Part shown: one piece after another, positions 58,301-64,000 of the stretch
How positions within the stretch are numbered: the stretch's first letter is position 1
How the letters are laid out: each line of letters opens with the position of its first letter
Assembly (NCBI GenBank): GCA_963847705.1
Contig: CAWKBC010000007.1
Coordinates: forward strand, 32,001-96,000
DNA length: 64,000 nucleotides
DNA from: an uncultured Pseudomonadota bacterium
GTDB lineage: Bacteria > Myxococcota_A > Polyangia > Fen-1088
Reading direction: 5' to 3'
Program-made: the position numbers and the translations under genes
Notes under the pieces: model-generated
Databases searched by the model: none
Told to the model about the DNA's origin: nothing
Seen by the model: the letters and a program-made list of their open reading frames with translations, nothing else

Positions 58301-60229
58301 TCAGGGCTCGACGGCGCCCGCGGCGCAGCCAGTTTGCGGGCGCGGCATGCCGCGCTGATCCGTCGCCGGACAGTCGACGCCGATGCCAAGCGCCGGGCTT
58401 CCAGCGGCCGGAACCTGCGTCTCGGTGTCGCCGCCGTTGTCCTGCAGCGCTCCGAGCTTCGCGTCGGCGAACTTCGTCGACGGCGTGCAGGGGGTGTCGG
58501 CGTCCGTGCAGACGGTGTGCGCCATCGGCCACTGGACGTTGCCGTCGCCGGTGCTGGCGCCGTCGGCGCAGGCCATCGGGGAGCCGCAGTCCATCGTCGT
58601 GTTGTTGGCGAAGATCGTATTTCGGATCGTCAGCGCGGTCCCGCCCGCGATCGCCGCCGCGAAGAGCCCCGCCCCACCCGGCGAGCTGTTGTCAGCGAAG
58701 GTGCAATTGACGATCGTGCCACCGTTTCCAAACAGCGCCAGCGCGCCCCCCAGGCCGTTGGTCGCGCTGTTCCCCGAGAAGGTGTCGTTGGTGAAATCGA
58801 ACGTCGTGCCGTCGGCCTGGATGGCGCCCGAGCCCTTCGCAGAGTTGCCCGCGAACGTCGAGCTGCTGATCACCAGCTCGGAGTTGTGAAGGTAGAGCGC
58901 GCCGCCGTTCATGGCCTGGTTGCCGGTGAAGGCGCAGAGGTTGAAGGTCGTGGTTCGCTGTGCGCCGTCCGGGGTGCGCCCGAGGGCGCCGCCCAACTCG
59001 TTGGCCACGTTGTTGGTGAAGGTGTCGCCACAGAACATGTCGTCGCCGTCGTCGCCGCCGTCGATCCCGATCGCCGCGGCGTTGCCGCCGTTGCCGATCT
59101 CGCCGCCCCGCACCGAGCACTTCGTGGTGTCGACGGTGTTCTCGCCGCTCCCCAGCGCTTTGTTCCCGGAGAACGCGCTGTCGACCACCTGCAGATCGGA
59201 GTTGAGCATTCCGATGGCGCCGCCGTTCGATCCGCTGTTGCCGGTGAAGGTGCTCCCCTGGACGATCACCCCCAGCGATCCGAGGGCGTAGATCGCGCCG
59301 CCACCCACGTCCGGGCCGAGCGCCGGCGCCTGATTGTTGGTGAAGACCGCGTCGATCACGTGCAGCAGGCCGTTGCGAACGTAGATCGCGGCACCCCCTC
59401 CGTCGGTGTCGGTCCCTTGCGAGCAGGGCGCCGGCGCGGTCGGGATCGCGGTTCCGGTCGAGCGACCGTTCGTAAGCGCGATCTGCTGCAGGGTGACCGT
59501 GACGTGGCTGGTCCGATAGTTCGGATCGCTGAAGCTCAGGAGACGGACGTTCCCGCCACCATCGAGCGTGATCCGGTTGCCGCCATCGATGGTCGTGTCG
59601 ACGTTGGTGGGGAGCGTGGCGGTCTGCGTGAGGACGATGGCCAGCGCGCCGCCGCAGTTGAAGGTGATCTTGCCGCCCAGCGCCGCGGCCGCACGGAACG
59701 CCGATTCGGTGCAGCTCGCGGCGGTGCCGGTGCCGACCACGTGGTCGGGCGTCGAGGTGTCGACCGGATCGAGAGGGGAGGGGCAGCTGGTCGGCGGCGC
59801 GCCGGTGCTTGCGCCTTGCCCCCCGCTGCCGCCTTGCCCCCCGCTGCCGCCTTGCCCCCCGCTGCCGCCTTGGCCCCCGCTGCCGCCTCGGGCGCCACTG
59901 CCGCCTTGGCCCGCGCTGCCGCCTTGGCCCGCGCTGCCGCCTTGGCCCCCGCTGCCGCCTTGGCCCGCGCTACCACCTTGGCCCCCGCTGCCGCCTTGGC
60001 CCGCGCTGCCACCGTGGCCCCCGCTGCCGCCTTGACCCACACTGCCGCCTGCGCCTCCGCTGCCGCCTGGGCCCCCGCTGCCGCCGCGACCGCTCGACGA
60101 GCTTCCGCTGCAGGCGCCCGAGACGAGCGCGAGCGAGAGCAGGAGCGCCGCGGGGCGCGGCCTCACGAGAGGGAGATGTCGAGGCCGGGCCGCGGCCGGG
60201 CGCAGATGGCGACGCCAGGAAAAGCTCAT
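58301..60229 (-). CDS. Lipoprotein with GGSGGQ repeats, parallel beta-helix (GGAI/FxxN) repeats and choice-of-anchor-Q-like C-terminus
   Basis: GGAGG RBS; VSGAC lipobox; GGGAIY/F..N repeats; LGALQDNGGDTET..P..GSPA..DQRG.PR. Confidence 0.85.
   Translation of the reverse strand: MSFSWRRHLRPAAARPRHLPLVRPRPAALLLSLALVSGACSGSSSSGRGGSGGPGGSGGAGGSVGQGGSGGHGGSAGQGGSGGQGGSAGQGGSGGQGGSAGQGGSAGQGGSGARGGSGGQGGSGGQGGSGGQGGSGGQGASTGAPPTSCPSPLDPVDTSTPDHVVGTGTAASCTESAFRAAAALGGKITFNCGGALAIVLTQTATLPTNVDTTIDGGNRITLDGGGNVRLLSFSDPNYRTSHVTVTLQQIALTNGRSTGTAIPTAPAPCSQGTDTDGGGAAIYVRNGLLHVIDAVFTNNQAPALGPDVGGGAIYALGSLGVIVQGSTFTGNSGSNGGAIGMLNSDLQVVDSAFSGNKALGSGENTVDTTKCSVRGGEIGNGGNAAAIGIDGGDDGDDMFCGDTFTNNVANELGGALGRTPDGAQRTTTFNLCAFTGNQAMNGGALYLHNSELVISSSTFAGNSAKGSGAIQADGTTFDFTNDTFSGNSATNGLGGALALFGNGGTIVNCTFADNSSPGGAGLFAAAIAGGTALTIRNTIFANNTTMDCGSPMACADGASTGDGNVQWPMAHTVCTDADTPCTPSTKFADAKLGALQDNGGDTETQVPAAGSPALGIGVDCPATDQRGMPRPQTGCAAGAVEP
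59810..60075 (-). repeat. Coding 18-bp tandem repeat (GGSGGQ/GGSAGQ)
   Basis: About 14 units of gctgccgccttggcccc(c/g)c. Confidence 0.9.
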
Positions 60230-60301
60230 CGGAACCTCCAGGTGACCATCAGCGTAGCGGACGGCGGTCATTGCGTAAAATGAATTGTTCGCGACCGTCC
60301 G

Positions 60302-60316
60302 TTGCGAGTTTTGCAA
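60302..60316. promoter_or_regulatory. LysR/IlvY-type operator
   Basis: TTGCGAGTTTTGCAA dyad (T-N11-A core) just upstream of the ilvY ATG; a weaker TTGCGTAAAATGAAT at 60271. Confidence 0.65.
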
Positions 60317-60329
60317 TACTACGCGGACC

Positions 60330-61250
60330 ATGGACTACGACACGCTCCGGCTCTTCCTGCACCTGTCGCGCACGCTGCACTTCCTGCGCACGAGCCGCGC
60401 TTGCCACGTCAGCCCCTCCGCCCTCTCCCGCGCGGTGCAGCGCCTCGAGCGCCAGACCGGCTGGCCGCTCCTCGAGCGGGATCGCCGCTCGGTGCGCCTG
60501 ACGCCGGAGGGGGCGCGCTTCGCCGCGCACGCCCGCGAGACCCTGGAGCGCTGGGAGGAGCTGCAGCGCGACCTGCGCGGACGGCGCGAGACGCTGACCG
60601 GGACGATCGTCCTCTTTGCCTCGGTGACCGCCTGCCAGACGTTTCTCCCCGAGCTCCTCAGCGAGTTCCGCCAGCGTCACCCGGACATCCACATCCAGCT
60701 GGAGACCGGCTACGCGGCCGACGCGCTCGAGCGTCTGGCGGAAGGGCGCGTCGACGTGAGCATCGCCGCGATTCCGGCGCGGGTGCCGCGGGCGCTGGTG
60801 GCGCGCGTCCTCCTGCACACGCCGCTGGTCTTCGCGGCGCCGCGTGCGGCCTGCGAGGTCGAGCGCCTCTCCCACCGGCGGCCGATCCCCTGGGCCGAGC
60901 TGCCGATCGTCATGCCGGCCTCGGGCCAGGCCCGCGAGAGCGCGGATCGCTGGTTTCGCCGCCGGCGCATCGAACCTCGCATCTACGGCGAGCTCCCCGG
61001 CAGCGAGGCGATCCTGGCGCTCTGCAGTCTCGGTTGCGGCATCGGCATCGTGCCGCGCCTGGTGCTGGAGGAGAGCCCTCTCGCCTCCAAGGTGCGGATC
61101 CTCGACGCCGACGATGCCCGCGAGGCGCTGGGCGAATTCCGCGTCGGCGTCTGCACGCAGCGCAAGAAGCTCGGCTCCCCGCTGGTGCAAGCGCTGTGGG
61201 AGTCGTTCCGCGCCCACCCCGCACGCACGGCGGCGGTCTCCGCCCGCTAG
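60330..61250 (+). CDS. ilvY: LysR family transcriptional activator, IlvY-like
   Basis: FLHLSRTLHF.RTSRACHVSPSALSR..QRLE, FASVTA, LETG, G.EAI...SLGCG resemble E. coli IlvY; neighbour of ilvD. Confidence 0.8.
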   Translation: MDYDTLRLFLHLSRTLHFLRTSRACHVSPSALSRAVQRLERQTGWPLLERDRRSVRLTPEGARFAAHARETLERWEELQRDLRGRRETLTGTIVLFASVTACQTFLPELLSEFRQRHPDIHIQLETGYAADALERLAEGRVDVSIAAIPARVPRALVARVLLHTPLVFAAPRAACEVERLSHRRPIPWAELPIVMPASGQARESADRWFRRRRIEPRIYGELPGSEAILALCSLGCGIGIVPRLVLEESPLASKVRILDADDAREALGEFRVGVCTQRKKLGSPLVQALWESFRAHPARTAAVSAR

Positions 61251-61291
61251 CAGCGGCCTGGCGGGCGATTTGATGCAGGCAATGCATCAGG

Positions 61292-61489
61292 ATGATGTAC
61301 CCGCTGGCGATCGCCGCGTCGTTCCGGGCCGCCGGCAAGGGGAACGCGCCGCCGGCGGGCGACCGCGCGGTGCTGGCGACCTACCTGGCGCTGGTCGTGG
61401 GGCTGACGGCGTTGATGGTGGCGGCCCACCACGGCGCCGGTGACCTGCCGGTGCGAGCCCACGCCCAGGGGGCGGCGTTCAGCGTGTGA
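61292..61489 (+). CDS. Putative small single-TM protein (65 aa)
   Basis: Very high GC3; hydrophobic [19 protein letters not shown]; dyad just upstream. Confidence 0.45.
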   Translation: MMYPLAIAASFRAAGKGNAPPAGDRAVLATYLALVVGLTALMVAAHHGAGDLPVRAHAQGAAFSV

Positions 61490-63140
61490 CCGGCAGCGTG
61501 ATGGCGCCTTCGGCCGCCGAGGAGACGGCGGCGGCGTACTTGGCCATCACGCCGGTGCGATAGCGCGGCGCCGGCGGCTGCCAGCTGCTCTCGCGCCGGC
61601 GGGCCTCGACGTCGAAGTCGACATCGATGCGGCGCGTGTCGACGTCGAGCGTGATGGTGTCGCCGTCGCGGACGAAGGCGATCGGACCACCCACCTGCGC
61701 CTCGGGGGCGACGTGCCCGACCATGAAGCCGTGGGTGGCGCCGGAGAATCGCCCGTCGGTGAGCAGCACGACGCTGTCGTCCAGCTTCTGCCCGACCAGC
61801 GCGCCGGTGACGCCCAGCATCTCGCGCATCCCCGGGCCGCCCTTGGGCCCCTCGTAGCGGATGATGACCACGTCGCCCGGCTTGATCTGGCGCGCCTGCA
61901 CGGCCGCGAAGCAGGCCTCCTCCGAATCGAACACGCGCGCCGGGCCGCTGTGCTGGCGGCGGTCGTGGCCTGCCAGCTTCACCACCGACCCGTCCGGGGC
62001 CAGCGAGCCGCGCATGATGGCGAAGCCGCCCCGCGGGCTGAGCGGCCTTCCCACCGGCCGGACGACCTCCTGGCCCGTCGTCTCGAGGGCGGTCTCGGCC
62101 TCCTCGACGATGCTGTTGCCGTTGACCGTCAGGCTCTCCTGCAGCATCCCCGCCTCGAGCAGGCGCTTGGCCACCAGGCGGACCCCGCCGGCGCGGTCGA
62201 AATCGGTGGCGAAGAACCGCCCGCCCGGCTTGAGGTCACCCAGCGTGGGCGTGCGCGCGGAGATCAGGTCGAAGTCTTCCAGCGTCAGCGGAACGTTGGC
62301 TTCCCTGGCCAGCGCCATCAGGTGCAGGACCGCGTTGGTCGAGCCGGCCGTGGTGGCCACGGCGGTGATGGCGTTCTCGAAGGCCGCGCGGGTGAGGATC
62401 TTGCTCGGCCGCAGATCCTCGGTGACGAGGCGCATGACGATCTTGCCGGCGCGGATCGCGGCGGCGCTCTTGCGCGCGTCGACCGCCGGGATGTCGTTGA
62501 GCCCCATCGGGGAGATCCCCAGCATCTCGGCCGCCATCGACATCGTGTTGGCGGTGAACTGACCGCCGCAGGCGCCGGCGCCCGGGCAGGCCACATCCTC
62601 CAGCGCGCGCAGCTCGCTCTCGGTGATGCGGCCGGCGGAGCAGGCGCCCACCGCCTCGAACACGTCCTGGATCGTCACCAGCTTGCCGCGAAAGTTTCCC
62701 GGCATGATCGACCCGCCGTAGAGCATCAGCCCGGGCAGGTCGAGGCGGGCCAGCGCCATCATGGTGCCGGGGATGGTCTTGTCGCAGCCCGACAGCGCGA
62801 TGACGCCGTCGCACATGGCGCCGCGCACGGCGAGCTCGATCGAATCGGCGATCACCTCGCGCGACACCAGCGAGGCCCGCATCCCCTCGGTCCCCATGCT
62901 GATCCCGTCGGAGACGACGATGGTGTTGAACTCGATCGGCGTGCCGCCGGCGGCGCGGATCCCCTCCTTGACGTGGACCGCCAGGTCCCGCAAATGCATG
63001 TTGCAGGGCGTGGCGTCGGTCCAGGTGTTGGCCACCGCGATGAGCGGCCTGGCGAGATCGGCGTCCTTGAGCCCGGTCGCCTTCAACATCGCGCGCGCCG
63101 GAGCGCGGTTGATCCCCTTGAGCAGCGCGTCGCTTTTCAC
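61479..63140 (-). CDS. ilvD: Dihydroxy-acid dehydratase
   Basis: [59 protein letters not shown]; GTG 63140. Confidence 0.97.
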   Translation of the reverse strand: MKSDALLKGINRAPARAMLKATGLKDADLARPLIAVANTWTDATPCNMHLRDLAVHVKEGIRAAGGTPIEFNTIVVSDGISMGTEGMRASLVSREVIADSIELAVRGAMCDGVIALSGCDKTIPGTMMALARLDLPGLMLYGGSIMPGNFRGKLVTIQDVFEAVGACSAGRITESELRALEDVACPGAGACGGQFTANTMSMAAEMLGISPMGLNDIPAVDARKSAAAIRAGKIVMRLVTEDLRPSKILTRAAFENAITAVATTAGSTNAVLHLMALAREANVPLTLEDFDLISARTPTLGDLKPGGRFFATDFDRAGGVRLVAKRLLEAGMLQESLTVNGNSIVEEAETALETTGQEVVRPVGRPLSPRGGFAIMRGSLAPDGSVVKLAGHDRRQHSGPARVFDSEEACFAAVQARQIKPGDVVIIRYEGPKGGPGMREMLGVTGALVGQKLDDSVVLLTDGRFSGATHGFMVGHVAPEAQVGGPIAFVRDGDTITLDVDTRRIDVDFDVEARRRESSWQPPAPRYRTGVMAKYAAAVSSAAEGAITLPVTR

Positions 63141-63277
63141 TGCCGGCCAGTATGCCACGCCGAGCGCGAGGCGACGCTGGAAGCGGGCGGAGGAGCCAGG
63201 GCGCCTTCGGCCGCCACGTCGTGGGGCATATCGCTCTGCTCACCGTCGCCTCACGGCGACGCCCTGCTGGGCGACTG

Positions 63278-64000
63278 CTAGGCGACGCGGGCCGGCGCCT
63301 TGTCCAGTGAGCGGAAGGTGAGGCCGTACCAGGCGATGTAGACGTAGCAGAGGCCGGCCACCACGAAGCCGTGGTGGATCCCGATCGCATCGGCCAAGGC
63401 GCCCTGCACCACGGGGACGATGGCGCCCCCCACGATGGCCATGCAGAGGATGCCCGAGCCCTGGCTGGTGTGCCTCCCCAGCCCCTCGATCGCCAGCGTG
63501 AAGATGGTCGGGAACATGATCGAGTTGAAGAGTCCGACCGCGATGACGGACCACATCGCCACCGAGCCGTGCGTCGTCATCGTCACCAGGACCAGCGCGA
63601 CCACCGCCAGCGCATGGATCGTCAGCACCTTGGTCGGCTTCCAGATCCGCAGCGTCAGCGTCCCGATGAAGCGGCCCACCATCGCGCCGCCCCAGTAGAA
63701 CGAGACCAGCCGCGCGCCTGCCGATTCGGTCAGGCCGCCGATGGCCGGCTCCTTGAAGTAGTTGACGAGGAAGCTGCCGATGGCGACCTCGCCGCCGACG
63801 TAGAGAAAGATCGCCACCGCGCCGAGAACCAGGTGGCGGTAGCTCCAGGCGCTCTTGCGATCGTCGGCGCCACCGGCCTCGGAAAGAGGCGTGACGTCTT
63901 CGATCTTCGGGAGCCTGAACATCGCGATGGCGACCGCCAGCACGACCAGCGTCGCCGCCAGCCCGATGTACGGTCGCTGCACGGAGGAGGCCTCGGCGAG
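63278..64000 (-). CDS. Sugar MFS transporter (FucP/GluP family), 5'-partial
   Basis: IFLYVGGEVAIGS, YWGGAMVGRFIG, NSIMFPTIF, MAIVGGAI.P. Confidence 0.92.
   Translation of the reverse strand, partial: LAEASSVQRPYIGLAATLVVLAVAIAMFRLPKIEDVTPLSEAGGADDRKSAWSYRHLVLGAVAIFLYVGGEVAIGSFLVNYFKEPAIGGLTESAGARLVSFYWGGAMVGRFIGTLTLRIWKPTKVLTIHALAVVALVLVTMTTHGSVAMWSVIAVGLFNSIMFPTIFTLAIEGLGRHTSQGSGILCMAIVGGAIVPVVQGALADAIGIHHGFVVAGLCYVYIAWYGLTFRSLDKAPARVA

Overview
High-GC chromosomal window that looks like Myxococcota/Polyangia (FHA-sigma54 activator, TIGR02266-type PilZ, MYXO-CTERM tail, many Gly/Ser/Thr-linker lipoproteins). It has about 50 CDS, including rnhA, a HelD-like helicase, frmA/frmB, uvrA, an M16 peptidase pair, ilvY, ilvD, a Kir channel and a five-gene LolA-like/ABC envelope operon, plus rnpB and tRNA-Ile2(CAT). 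I found no integrase, transposase, prophage or CRISPR array. Most notable: (1) an ECF sigma factor fused through a hydrophobic segment to a C-terminal motif resembling the CglF/GltF gliding proteins (36460-37326); (2) a tandem triplet of promoter+RBS+gene units encoding Zn-ribbon/lipobox/xYG peptides, candidate splicease substrates, with an unannotated broken middle copy (7061-7900); (3) two inverted copies of a conserved ~67-nt multi-stem core closed by unrelated 27-28 bp stems (45860-46232); (4) a leaderless orphan ORF whose promoter overlaps a near-consensus Myxococcus LexA box (10346-10962); (5) a divergent FHA-activator -> sigma54 promoter -> ECF cascade with three palindromic octamers; (6) a dispersed REP-like hairpin family; (7) operators whose usual target gene is absent (PadR, IlvY). 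Three apparent single-base insertions break two genes and may be assembly errors. All family assignments come from motif recognition by eye; no database search was run.
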